This document shows positions 24,581-34,192 of a stretch of 64,000 bases of DNA, one piece after another. The first letter of the stretch is position 1, and every line of letters begins with the position of its first letter. The stretch comes from an uncultured Bacteriovoracaceae bacterium (GTDB lineage: Bacteria > Bdellovibrionota > UBA2394), in NCBI GenBank assembly GCA_964601045.1, contig CAZRLF010000001.1, forward strand, positions 134,402 through 198,401. Reading direction: 5' to 3'. The notes beneath the pieces were generated by a model. That model searched no databases and was not told where the DNA came from. It saw nothing but the letters and a program-made list of their open reading frames with translations. A program made the position numbers and the translations under genes.

Positions 24581-27500
24581 TCCAATGCAAATTCTTCTGC
24601 TAAGGATTGTTCGTGGCTGTCGACTGTTTGGGCATGAGCTCGATACCAGTCTCGGGGTTGGTCATATGTCACCCGCTTAACAGCACGTGCTGTATCTAAT
24701 GCAAAATTTTTGGCTTTTACGATATTGCTCAGACTCATATCAAAGGTGTCGACCATATTGGAGCCCAACATCAAACCCACTCCTGCGTTTTTAAGGGAGA
24801 ATATTTCTTTCCAAAATTCGATTCCATCACTCATTTTCTTATTTTTAAGATCGAATTGCTCAATCGTGTCAGGAAAATCCGAGAGACCTTCGGTCATATC
24901 TATAAATCCTCGGCTCCATTCACCAAAACCTTTTCCTACTTGAGCGTGATAGTTTGATGCGGCAGAAAAACGTGTAGGTTCTAAACCATTAAGTCTTTGA
25001 ACAATTTTTAAATCTCGCAATACTTTAATTTCACGAGCGGCTAGGCCAGACTGCTGAGCAATTTTCGCTAAATTCATTTTGGCAGCTGTATTAAGTCGAC
25101 TACCGAGCTCTCCCACTCTCTCAGCAACTTGTCCTATTTTATGGACGCCCGTGACAAAGAACATACTTCCGGCAACTCCATCGTAAGTATTATTGGCCAT
25201 TTGAGAGATCGAATCAAAGGCCCCTAATTCATCGGTAAAGTTTTCTGGAACTTTAGTTGTTCCATTTCTTTCAAGATCCATTAGACCCTTATCAAGCGCT
25301 TCATTAACAGCTTGAATTCTTAAAATTTCTCCTCCTGCTGCTCCAGCAAAACTCATTCCTCCGATAACTCGCATCGAACGTGAAGCAGCAATCTGAGCAG
25401 CCGTTCGGCCCGTAAGCGTAGTGAGTAGAAGCGCCTGTTGACCGAGACTTAAACCCTCAAGAGAGATACTTGTCGCTCCAGCGGCTCCCAGGCCTCCCGT
25501 CGCGACTGTCCCTAAAATAATAAATCCGCCATTTCCTATCCAGCGCCCACCTTTTGAAAGTCGTGAGATTACAGCATCGGCTGAATTCTCAAGATCAGAA
25601 AGTTCTTGAGAAGTTGTCGTCGCGGTTCCAAAAAGCGATAACTCAACAATATCTGCCGCAGCGACTTTTGCAGGCTCCCAAGCCAATTGCTGAATACCCT
25701 TGCCCAGCCAAACGACGGGATTATTCTGCATATATTCGACTGCCGGACTATTCACACTAAATCCATCCAGCACGGCACCATCAGGCAGACCATAGTGTGC
25801 ATTAATCCACTCCGTTAAACTTTCGCGCTGTCTTAAATATCGATCAAAGGCCTTATCTTCACCCTGAAATAACCAAACCACGTCACTTTCAAGAATAAAA
25901 GCGGTATCTCCAATGGAATGAACTAAGCCATGAGCAATTTTTCGTCCTTTTAATGCCCATGATTGTTCCTCTGAAACTTTGTTCTGAGTCTTCCACGATT
26001 CAATTTCAGCTCGGGCAGAGGATCTGGCATTAAATCGCTCGATCGCTAAGTCCTTTCGGTTGATAAAGCTTCCGGTCGCTTTTGAAATTTCATTAATTGA
26101 ACGACTCATAAGATTTTCTTCGTCTATCAATCGATTAAGCGTATCAGTGTTCTTAAAGCTAAATCTATCATCCGACGACATCTTGAGTTGCTCTGACTTA
26201 AAGTTTCGATCTCCGCTTAAGATTTCTGCCTTAAGATAGGCAATCATCTCATCGCCCGCTTGCTCCTGAGAAAGGCCAATTTTCTTAAGCTCTTGAAGAA
26301 TTTGGGGCCATTTAAATTCAGTTTGAGTCTTTAAATATTCTAACCAATATTTAATTCTCCCTTTTTGATACATTCGATCTGAAATTTCGTCGGCTGACGC
26401 ATATGAAGAAATTCCGGGCTGAGCGGCAAGAGTCTCTGCGACAGCATTTTTTTCTGATCGAATCCAAGATTCAAGATCAAATTTAAGCTCGGCCTCATCT
26501 TTTGATTGCATAAGATAAAGCGGCATTGCGTCTTTATTTAATGGGTCTGGAGTTCGCATCCACTCTTCAGTGGGCGAAAATTTTTGATCTTCTCGCAGCT
26601 TTCGAGAACTTTCAATGCGTGACCAGAATTCTCCAGCCTGCTGAGTCTTAGCGCTTAACGCATTTATTTGCTTTTGAAATCGTATCAAATAAAAATACGT
26701 ACGAATATCTTCTGCACTCCATCCCTTTGCTTTAGCCCAAGCATTCTCAGTGGCGATTTTTTCAATGTCTTTCCAAGACTTATTCTGAGCTTCAAGCAAT
26801 TCAATTTGAACTTTTGCAAACGATCTGTTTTTAAAGGCTTCAAATGAAGAATAAACAAGCTCTTTATATTTTTCAGCAGAAAGTAAAAAGCCAGGGTATT
26901 CATCTGATATCTCTTTTAAACTCTGCTGAATCTTTTTAAATGACAAATCAATATGAGAATGAAGAGCATTACTTTCGTTTTCAAAAGTAGTCGCATCAAA
27001 AACACCTTTCTTATTTGATTTAAGTTCGATTTGAGCAAACCGATTTCGAACGTCTTCCGAATGCTTGTCAAAAATTGATTCTATCTTTTCGTTCACTATT
27101 TTGAGTCGAACGCTATCAGCAGAAAAATAATTAAGAATTCCTGATTTTTGAATACTGGCCCAAGATTTACCGGCCAAGCCATGAGGTCCGGCCTTCTGCA
27201 AAGAATTGGCATAAAAAACTTCTTTTTGAACACGCTTAATCTTATCTTCAAGCTCCCTTAAGGGAAATCCGGTCTTATATCTTGCTTCAAGAGCTCTCAA
27301 CTCCGCCCATATTTTTTCGATTTCATCACGAGCAGACTTTGCTTCGTTGGTAAACTGAGCCTGTCCTAAAATATACCCCTTCTCTTTTGAAATCCTATAA
27401 AGCCGAGAGATCGGATCAATAAAACTTTCATAAACCAGCCACTGATTAAATCGATCTTCATCAATTTTTTTCTTCACTGTAAATTCGAGCGCAAGTGGTG

Positions 27501-28680
27501 ATTTCAGAATATCACTGCGTGAAGCTGTTGGATTTTCTTTAAGCCATTCAGCAGCATGCAGACGAAACTGCTCCAATCTCTGCAATTCAGCGATATCAAC
27601 TAACCGCTCTAAATACTGCTCAGAGAAATGAAGTGCTCGCTTAGCATTAATAAATTCTGATAGCTTCTTGGCGAGATTAGCTTTACCAGCATCAGTGTAT
27701 TGTGCCCAAAAACTTTGTTCTTTAATCGAATCATTAATTAGATTCTGAGCTTCTTGTGCAGCTATTTCACGAGCATGATTTTGAATTTGAAAATAATTGT
27801 TAATTTCATCAGCTGATTTATCTGAGAAAATCATGAGACGAGCTTGTTCTTTGAGATCATCGAACTCAGAAGGCAGTTTTTCAATCATTGGCCACTTTAT
27901 CTTGAGATATAAATCCCATAGATCAGCATTTGAAGTGCCGATAAGATTACTTTTCCTCTGAACATCGTTTGCAGCTAAGAGAAATTCGCTCCATCTTGCC
28001 TGAGGATGAGACGAAAGCCATTCAGATGAAAATCGCAAAAGTTCTTTTTGAGAATTATTTGTAATAATTCTTTTTATTAAATCATCGATTAAAGCTGTGC
28101 TTTCGCCTTGAGAGCCTTTAATTTTAATAAATTCCAGAATTCTGTCTTTGGCTTTGGCTTTCTGAATCGAATCTTTGGCATGAATCCACGGAGTAACAAG
28201 GTTTTGTAATTCAACTCCAAGCTCATAGATTTTTCTATTGTGCTTAGCGACCTCAGACTGAATCTCTTGAACATTCGATCCCTTCGTAATGGCATTTACT
28301 GCTATCTCTTTAGACCCCCTATCGAGTAGCGAAAGATACGACTCCATTTTTTTTACTTTTTGATCAGCCGAGTCTGAAGGACGAATTTTTCTGAAAGATT
28401 GCTCAAGAATTGAGTTAAAATTCTGGGCTTCTGATTGAAAGGGATTAATTTTTGAAGAAACCTGAGTTTGAATGGGTGAAGTAGAAGAGACCCCTGCTTT
28501 TTGTTCTGCCTGATTAAAAATAGACTCCCAAGATGGTGTTGTTTGGGGAGCACAGATACGAGGATCAACAGATTCTGCAGCGAGTGCAAAACTTGCTAAA
28601 AAGATCATAATTTGCAGCATTTTAAGCTGGGTCCCCATATCACCCTTAAGATTGCAAAGATTAGGCCAGTGTAAGTTCAT
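24577..28680 (-). CDS. Large (about 1350 aa) secreted K/E-rich alpha-helical protein with a C-terminal Gly/Ala-rich hydrophobic domain resembling that of the giant protein; putative toxin or effector paralog
   Basis: A signal peptide MLQIMIFLASFALAAES is present if translation starts at ATG 28620; the ORF track's start at 28680 and ATG 28638 are alternatives. The C-terminal region ...LSLFGTATTTSQELSDLENSADA...IGNGGFIILGTVATGGLGAAGATSISLEGLSLGQQALLLTTLTGRTAAQIAASRSMRVIGGMSFAGAAGGEILRIQ spans about plus 25.3-25.6 kb. Confidence 0.8.
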   Translation of the reverse strand: MNLHWPNLCNLKGDMGTQLKMLQIMIFLASFALAAESVDPRICAPQTTPSWESIFNQAEQKAGVSSTSPIQTQVSSKINPFQSEAQNFNSILEQSFRKIRPSDSADQKVKKMESYLSLLDRGSKEIAVNAITKGSNVQEIQSEVAKHNRKIYELGVELQNLVTPWIHAKDSIQKAKAKDRILEFIKIKGSQGESTALIDDLIKRIITNNSQKELLRFSSEWLSSHPQARWSEFLLAANDVQRKSNLIGTSNADLWDLYLKIKWPMIEKLPSEFDDLKEQARLMIFSDKSADEINNYFQIQNHAREIAAQEAQNLINDSIKEQSFWAQYTDAGKANLAKKLSEFINAKRALHFSEQYLERLVDIAELQRLEQFRLHAAEWLKENPTASRSDILKSPLALEFTVKKKIDEDRFNQWLVYESFIDPISRLYRISKEKGYILGQAQFTNEAKSARDEIEKIWAELRALEARYKTGFPLRELEDKIKRVQKEVFYANSLQKAGPHGLAGKSWASIQKSGILNYFSADSVRLKIVNEKIESIFDKHSEDVRNRFAQIELKSNKKGVFDATTFENESNALHSHIDLSFKKIQQSLKEISDEYPGFLLSAEKYKELVYSSFEAFKNRSFAKVQIELLEAQNKSWKDIEKIATENAWAKAKGWSAEDIRTYFYLIRFQKQINALSAKTQQAGEFWSRIESSRKLREDQKFSPTEEWMRTPDPLNKDAMPLYLMQSKDEAELKFDLESWIRSEKNAVAETLAAQPGISSYASADEISDRMYQKGRIKYWLEYLKTQTEFKWPQILQELKKIGLSQEQAGDEMIAYLKAEILSGDRNFKSEQLKMSSDDRFSFKNTDTLNRLIDEENLMSRSINEISKATGSFINRKDLAIERFNARSSARAEIESWKTQNKVSEEQSWALKGRKIAHGLVHSIGDTAFILESDVVWLFQGEDKAFDRYLRQRESLTEWINAHYGLPDGAVLDGFSVNSPAVEYMQNNPVVWLGKGIQQLAWEPAKVAAADIVELSLFGTATTTSQELSDLENSADAVISRLSKGGRWIGNGGFIILGTVATGGLGAAGATSISLEGLSLGQQALLLTTLTGRTAAQIAASRSMRVIGGMSFAGAAGGEILRIQAVNEALDKGLMDLERNGTTKVPENFTDELGAFDSISQMANNTYDGVAGSMFFVTGVHKIGQVAERVGELGSRLNTAAKMNLAKIAQQSGLAAREIKVLRDLKIVQRLNGLEPTRFSAASNYHAQVGKGFGEWSRGFIDMTEGLSDFPDTIEQFDLKNKKMSDGIEFWKEIFSLKNAGVGLMLGSNMVDTFDMSLSNIVKAKNFALDTARAVKRVTYDQPRDWYRAHAQTVDSHEQSLAEEFALE

Positions 28681-28782
28681 TTAAGTCCATGAAAAGACTG
28701 ACTTTTTTAGACTCTAACGCGCAGCCCTGCAATTATTGCAGAGTTTTAGACTTTTGCTTTCAGCGTCAAAAAATATTGAATT

Positions 28783-30144
28783 TTAGTTGGTGGTTCTAAA
28801 TCGGACTCGCCAATTTTTGGGTCGAAACGCTCTCTTGGGTGTGGCAAATAAAATTGCGGCTTCACCACTAAAATCGTATGGCCCTTTACGTTTTTGAGAA
28901 GCCTTCCGCGGCTGAGGCTTTGGTCTTGAACCAACTTTAATAGGCTTGGATTTTAATCTGAGACGCTCAGTTGAAAAATCTTCTAAATCGGAACCTAGCG
29001 CTAAAGCAGTCTGAGAAATCTCTTTTGCAAGATCGCCTCTCTCATTAAGAGGAGTTGAAAGCACAGTCTGCTCAGCTCGTTCTCGAATAAGACGTTCAAG
29101 TCTTTTAAATTCGTCATCTCGCAGTATCGACTCAAATAAGGTTTTTGCTTTATCAAGGATAATCTGAGGTATTAAGGATTTCAAATGCTGCAAAAGATTG
29201 GATTGCTTGAAATCTCTTTCACTCCCCTCTCTTCGATCATTGCCTGCACCTCTCGAACCTCGAGCTTCTCCAAATTGAATTTGACCGTAACTTCCAGAGG
29301 TTTGCATCGAAGAAGAAGCCTGGTCTGAAAACTGAGATTGAGAATCAAAACCTGCAGCAGAATAGCCGTACTCAGGAAACATTGATCGCGAAGCCGCCCG
29401 AGAGAGGCCAGAGAAAAATCCGCTGACAAAATCAGGGATAAGAATTGAAGCTGCGTTCTTTATTCCCCTTTCGACTGTTCTTAAACCAGCACCAATTGCT
29501 GATCTGCCAGATTTAATGCAAGGAATTCCAGCTTTAGCTCGATCTTCAATTTGCTCCTGAGAAAGACCGTCGCAATATATCTGAGCAACCGATGGATCAA
29601 TCCCTGATCTAAAATCGTTGTTCGGCAAAAAGTTTGAAAAATCAATATGAGGCACAATTGATTCTGAACTATTTAAAAGTCTTTCTCGATTGGCAAAGGA
29701 ATTCGCAGACGATTCTAAATTCGGCGAAGGATCTAAAACAAATGAATCTGATTGCTCCGATTGAGGTATATTTGAAATTTGTTGAAGACTTGGAGGAGGA
29801 GTCGAATCATTTTTTTGATCAATTGGTGCAGGAGCATTCTTAATAAAATCTTCAACACCCTTGATAGGATTAAAAGATTCTTTATCGCCAATCTTTGTCT
29901 GATGAAAGTCTTCGCCTCCTATTGCAGAGGACGCACCTAAAGCACTCGGCATTCTATTTGGAGCAAAAGTCGAATCTGCCGTCGATTGATCGGGATTCAT
30001 TAATTTAAGTTCAATCAATTTATCGATACAGGTCGTCTCTGGAAGAATTTTTTTATCGGCTGCGTTTACGGCAGACATTGATTGCGCTAGCACAAGAAAT
30101 GAAAGTGCTAGCTGAGATCTAAGATGTATCTTCTTATAGACCAT
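28783..30144 (-). CDS. Secreted Ser/Gln/Gly-rich low-complexity protein with a basic C-terminus, unknown function
   Basis: The signal peptide is MVYKKIHLRSQLALSFLVLAQSMSAVNAA. A long disordered S/Q-rich middle region is followed by a basic tail KPIKVGSRPKPQPRKASQKRKGPYDF...FRPKNWRVRFRTTN. Confidence 0.6.
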   Translation of the reverse strand: MVYKKIHLRSQLALSFLVLAQSMSAVNAADKKILPETTCIDKLIELKLMNPDQSTADSTFAPNRMPSALGASSAIGGEDFHQTKIGDKESFNPIKGVEDFIKNAPAPIDQKNDSTPPPSLQQISNIPQSEQSDSFVLDPSPNLESSANSFANRERLLNSSESIVPHIDFSNFLPNNDFRSGIDPSVAQIYCDGLSQEQIEDRAKAGIPCIKSGRSAIGAGLRTVERGIKNAASILIPDFVSGFFSGLSRAASRSMFPEYGYSAAGFDSQSQFSDQASSSMQTSGSYGQIQFGEARGSRGAGNDRREGSERDFKQSNLLQHLKSLIPQIILDKAKTLFESILRDDEFKRLERLIRERAEQTVLSTPLNERGDLAKEISQTALALGSDLEDFSTERLRLKSKPIKVGSRPKPQPRKASQKRKGPYDFSGEAAILFATPKRAFRPKNWRVRFRTTN

Positions 30145-30268
30145 ACCTTGCTCGTTCGATGGTCAAAGGTGCAAGGCTTGTGCCAGAGCCAACCCATTGA
30201 AATGATTTGTATTTTTTAGAGTTAAGCTGGGGCGAGAATGCCCCTTTTGAAGCCTCTAAGTCTCAGGC

Positions 30269-32959
30269 TTATCGACGTTTTGATTCGATAAGTTCAATAG
30301 CTTTTTCAATCGTAAGATCTTCAGGTTTAATATCTTTTGGTATTGAAGCATTCACCTTACCGCATTTGCAATAAGGTCCATAAGGTCCGTCAAAGATCTC
30401 AATGGGTTTTTTCTCAATGGGATGCTCCCCGACTACTCGAATCGCGGTCTTCTTCGATGAACCTCTTTTGCCGCGAACTCGCTCCTCCGAAAAAATTTCA
30501 ATTGCGCGCTTAAGATCAACTTTCAAAACATGATCATCTTTTTTAAGCGAACGATATTCTGGCTTCTCAAGTCCAGCCCCTGTTTTTACAACAAATGGAC
30601 CAAACCGCCCTAAACCAGCCTTAATAGTATGACCTTCTGGAGAAACCCCTAATTCACGAGGTAAATAAAGATATCCCAGCGCTTCATCGAGTTGAATTGT
30701 TGCCGGATTTACTCCCTTCGGAAGAACCGATCTCTTCACTTTGGGAGGCGCAATTTCGCCTTTCTTTTTCTTGGCGCCTTTTTCAGGAGCAGGCGCGTCT
30801 TCAACTTCACCCAATTGCAGATAAGGCCCAAACCGTCCTGTCATTAAATAGACTTTCAATCCTGATCGAGGGTCGACTCCTAAATGCGGGGGCCCGTCTT
30901 TCTTCTGTTGAATGAGTTGCTCAATGGTTTCAATCTTAAGATCAGCAGGAGCCACATCTTCAGGAATTGAAGCTCTGACCTCCTCTTTCTTTTCTCGCTT
31001 CAAAAGATAAGGACCAAATTTTCCAATTCTAAATTCAATTTGAGGAAATGATTCTAAATTTATTTTTCGTGATTCCTCAGGATCGATATTTTTTTCTTCT
31101 TTTGTGATTTGAGTTTTTAATCCATGCTTCTGATCACTATAAAATTCTTTCAAGAAATCGAGATAGGGTTTTTTGCCCACCGCAATTTCATCAAGAGTTT
31201 CTTCCATCGATGCTGTGAATTGCAAATCAATTAGCCCTGAAAAATGATTCTTTAAAAGTTTAGTCACAGCGAAAGCAGTAAAAGTAGGAACTAAAGCATT
31301 TCCTCCGCGGCGTACGTAGCCGCGATCAATAATAGTCGAAATAATAGAAGCATAAGTCGAAGGTCGACCCACACCTTCTTTTTCGAGAGTCTGAATAAGC
31401 GTGGCTTCAGTATAGCGAGCGGGGGGCTTTGTTTCGTGTTCAGTTACATCGAGCTGATTAAGATTGAGAACATCTCCGACTTTAACATCAGGAAGTAAAA
31501 CCTCCCGCTCTTCAAGAGCTGCTTCGACATCATCGCGACCTTCTACATAGGCACGCAGAAATCCAGGAAATAAAATACGCGTACCTGACGCTTGAAATTC
31601 ATTCTTATCAACCTGAATGCTAATCGAAACACTCAATTGTTTTGCATCTGCCATCTGAGTGGCAACAGTGCGCTTCCAGATTAATTCGTAGAGTGCAAGT
31701 TCATTCCCCATCAAGCCTGTCGACTGAGGAGTCGGACAAAGTGCGCCCGCAGGCCTAATCGCTTCATGAGCCTCCTGAGCTCCTTTTGTTTTCGACGTAA
31801 AGTTGCGAGGGCTGTCGCTTAAGTAGTCTTTGCCATAAAGCTTAAGAACCTGATTTCGCGCTCCTTCGATTGCCTCCTTTGAAAGATTTACCGAATCAGT
31901 ACGCATATAGGTGATAAAACCTTTTTCGTAGAGTCCTTGAGCTACTCTCATGGTATCGCGAGAACTTAAACCAAGTTTACGATTGGACTCTTGTTGCAAA
32001 GTTGAAGTGATAAATGGAGGAGCGGATTTTCGAGAAAGTGGTTTTTCACTGAGATCAACTACTTTCCAGAGTTTTGATTTAAGCGTCTTTGAAAGCTCAT
32101 CCGCTTCATCCTTTAAAAGAAGATAGACATCTTTGCCTGCAGCGATCTGACCCGTGGCTTCATCAAAATCTTTACCAGTAGCAACTTTTTTCTCACCTAG
32201 CTTAACCAGCTTTGCCTCGAAGTCGCCCTTCTCGGCTTTAAGACCAGCAAGAAGCCCACAATAAATACCTTTCTTAAATCGCAGGCGATGTTCTTCTCGC
32301 TCAACAATAAGACGAGTAGCCACCGATTGAACTCTACCTGCGCTTAACCCATAGGCAATTTTGGTCCAGAGCAGAGGCGATAACGAATAACCGAAAAGAC
32401 GATCTAGAATTCGACGAGATTCTTGCGCTTGAACTAACTTATTATCGACATCTCTAAAATTTTTGAGCGCTTCAGCAATTGCTTCTTTGGTGATCTCGTG
32501 AAAAACCATCCGCTTCGTAGGAATTTTGGGCTTTAAGACTTCAACTAAATGATGACTTATACTCTCACCTTCACGGTCCTCGTCCGTCGCCAGAATCAAT
32601 TCCTCGGCATCTTCCATGCACTCTTTGAGATGCTTGATGACCTTAAGCTTAGCAGATGGAATTATATAAAGTGGGCTAAAGTTGTTTTCGACATCGATTC
32701 CTAAACTTGCCCATTTTTCTTTTTTATACTTTTCAGGAATTTCTTTTGCCGATGCTGGCAAATCACGAATATGGCCTACGCAGGCTTCGACATGATATTC
32801 ACTCGGCAAAAACTTTCGAATGGTCTTCGCCTTTGTAGGTGACTCGACAATAACGAGGGCTTTCCATTTTTTGCCACCTTTGGCTTTAGTGGGAGACTTA
32901 CCCTCTTTCATATTTGCTTCTGCACTAGGCTTTGCCTTCGCTGCTGAAATTTTTGCCAT
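30269..32959 (-). CDS. topA: DNA topoisomerase I
   Basis: The Toprim N-terminus reads ALVIVESPTKAKTIRKFLPSEYHVEACVGHIRDLP. The gene also shows a Lys-rich N-terminal extension and the C-terminal repeats GRFGPYLLK...GRFGPYLQLGE...GRFGPFVVK...GPYGPYCKCG. Confidence 0.95.
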   Translation of the reverse strand: MAKISAAKAKPSAEANMKEGKSPTKAKGGKKWKALVIVESPTKAKTIRKFLPSEYHVEACVGHIRDLPASAKEIPEKYKKEKWASLGIDVENNFSPLYIIPSAKLKVIKHLKECMEDAEELILATDEDREGESISHHLVEVLKPKIPTKRMVFHEITKEAIAEALKNFRDVDNKLVQAQESRRILDRLFGYSLSPLLWTKIAYGLSAGRVQSVATRLIVEREEHRLRFKKGIYCGLLAGLKAEKGDFEAKLVKLGEKKVATGKDFDEATGQIAAGKDVYLLLKDEADELSKTLKSKLWKVVDLSEKPLSRKSAPPFITSTLQQESNRKLGLSSRDTMRVAQGLYEKGFITYMRTDSVNLSKEAIEGARNQVLKLYGKDYLSDSPRNFTSKTKGAQEAHEAIRPAGALCPTPQSTGLMGNELALYELIWKRTVATQMADAKQLSVSISIQVDKNEFQASGTRILFPGFLRAYVEGRDDVEAALEEREVLLPDVKVGDVLNLNQLDVTEHETKPPARYTEATLIQTLEKEGVGRPSTYASIISTIIDRGYVRRGGNALVPTFTAFAVTKLLKNHFSGLIDLQFTASMEETLDEIAVGKKPYLDFLKEFYSDQKHGLKTQITKEEKNIDPEESRKINLESFPQIEFRIGKFGPYLLKREKKEEVRASIPEDVAPADLKIETIEQLIQQKKDGPPHLGVDPRSGLKVYLMTGRFGPYLQLGEVEDAPAPEKGAKKKKGEIAPPKVKRSVLPKGVNPATIQLDEALGYLYLPRELGVSPEGHTIKAGLGRFGPFVVKTGAGLEKPEYRSLKKDDHVLKVDLKRAIEIFSEERVRGKRGSSKKTAIRVVGEHPIEKKPIEIFDGPYGPYCKCGKVNASIPKDIKPEDLTIEKAIELIESKRR

Positions 32960-33278
32960 TCCTAATAACTTCTTTCTTATCCAATCATGGGGCCTATAAC
33001 TTTTGGCCAGCCAATCTCAATTCACTCCTAATATATAGGTAGTGTTTATGAAAAACCTTCTAATTACAAGCAAGTGGCCTAGGCACACTGCATTAAATCC
33101 CTAAGAATCCTGTTTCTCTGTCTTGATATGACAAAGTCAAGCCAGCCCATCATAAAAATAATGATTGCTTTTTATCCATGATAAACATCAAAGTTTTGGG
33201 TCTTTGTCTTATCGGCGGCGTGGCATTCGAGAACACCTAACGCAAGTTATCAAACCTTTTAATTCAATCAAAAGTAAA

Positions 33279-34127
33279 ATGAAGAAGATGACCTCACTTC
33301 GAGATGCAGCCGACTCGTTTTTAGAAAGTGAAGCACTTGTTCGCCAATTTAGTCCTCACACTCACCGTGCTCGTGAAGTGGATCTGAAGCGTTTAAGTGA
33401 TTTTTATACGATGGATATTTCAGAATTTAGTGCAAAGCAATGGGCCCAGTTCTGCTCTCGAATCGCGCTTGAACTTAAACCCAGTTCACTAGCCCGTGCC
33501 TATTCAACCTATAGGGGTTTCTTCGAGTTTATTTCGACAAAATTTTCTTTGAAACATTTTACTCAGCTTGAATTTCCGGTCACAAAGAAAAGAGGTTCTC
33601 TACCTAAAACCCTTTCTTACGATGAAGTACTCCACTCGCTCAATGCACCAGGACAACTTGGAGAACTTATCGAGTTTCTCTATGCAACCGGCGCTCGTAT
33701 TTCGGAGGCAACAGAGCTAAAATGGAATCAAATTGATCTTAAACAAAGGACCATTCGGCTCTATGGAAAAGGCCGCAAACAAAGAATTGTTCCACTCTCT
33801 GAGAATTTATACAAATTATTCAAAACCAAAGACCTCACCCTCTCGGACTATGTTTTTTTTAGTCATCGCGACCCCGAAAAGCCTCTTAGCCCTCGAGTCG
33901 CTCGCCAAATGTTAAAAGAGTTTTGTCAGACCCAGAACTTTAAAAAGCATCTCCATCCTCATTTGTTTCGGCATAGTGTAGCAACTCATCTTCTTGATTC
34001 TGGTGCGGACCTTAGATTTATTCAGGAACTGCTCGGCCACAAATCACTCTCAACCACTCAAAAGTATTTAAGCGTTTCTAAACAGCGTCTAGCCGAGATT
34101 TTTGATAAAGCACATCCAAGAGCCTAA
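33279..34127 (+). CDS. xerD: Tyrosine recombinase, XerD/XerC family
   Basis: Conserved residues appear in ...ATGARISEATELKWNQIDLKQRTIRLYGKGRKQRIVPL...HLHPHLFRHSVATHLLDSGADLRFIQELLGHKSLSTTQKYLSV (R...K...H.R.H...Y). The ORF track starts at TTG 33165; the ATG at 33279 (MKKMTSLRD) gives a typical 282-aa Xer protein. Confidence 0.8.
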   Translation: MKKMTSLRDAADSFLESEALVRQFSPHTHRAREVDLKRLSDFYTMDISEFSAKQWAQFCSRIALELKPSSLARAYSTYRGFFEFISTKFSLKHFTQLEFPVTKKRGSLPKTLSYDEVLHSLNAPGQLGELIEFLYATGARISEATELKWNQIDLKQRTIRLYGKGRKQRIVPLSENLYKLFKTKDLTLSDYVFFSHRDPEKPLSPRVARQMLKEFCQTQNFKKHLHPHLFRHSVATHLLDSGADLRFIQELLGHKSLSTTQKYLSVSKQRLAEIFDKAHPRA

Positions 34128-34192
34128 TGGGGCGACCTTGAGAGAATTGAGAGTTCCGTGACAGACGAGATTCTTTGGTTTCTAATGGAAGA

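Noticed and set aside
32960-33278. Looked for a dif site or attachment-site repeats next to the Xer-family recombinase, and for signs that the 20-kb accessory block is an integrated mobile element
   Set aside because: No 28-bp dif-like sequence (GGTGCGCATAATGTATATTATGTTAAAT-type) was found. No flanking direct repeats, tRNA or integrase or transposase genes were found either. The recombinase looks like the housekeeping XerD next to topA and argD.
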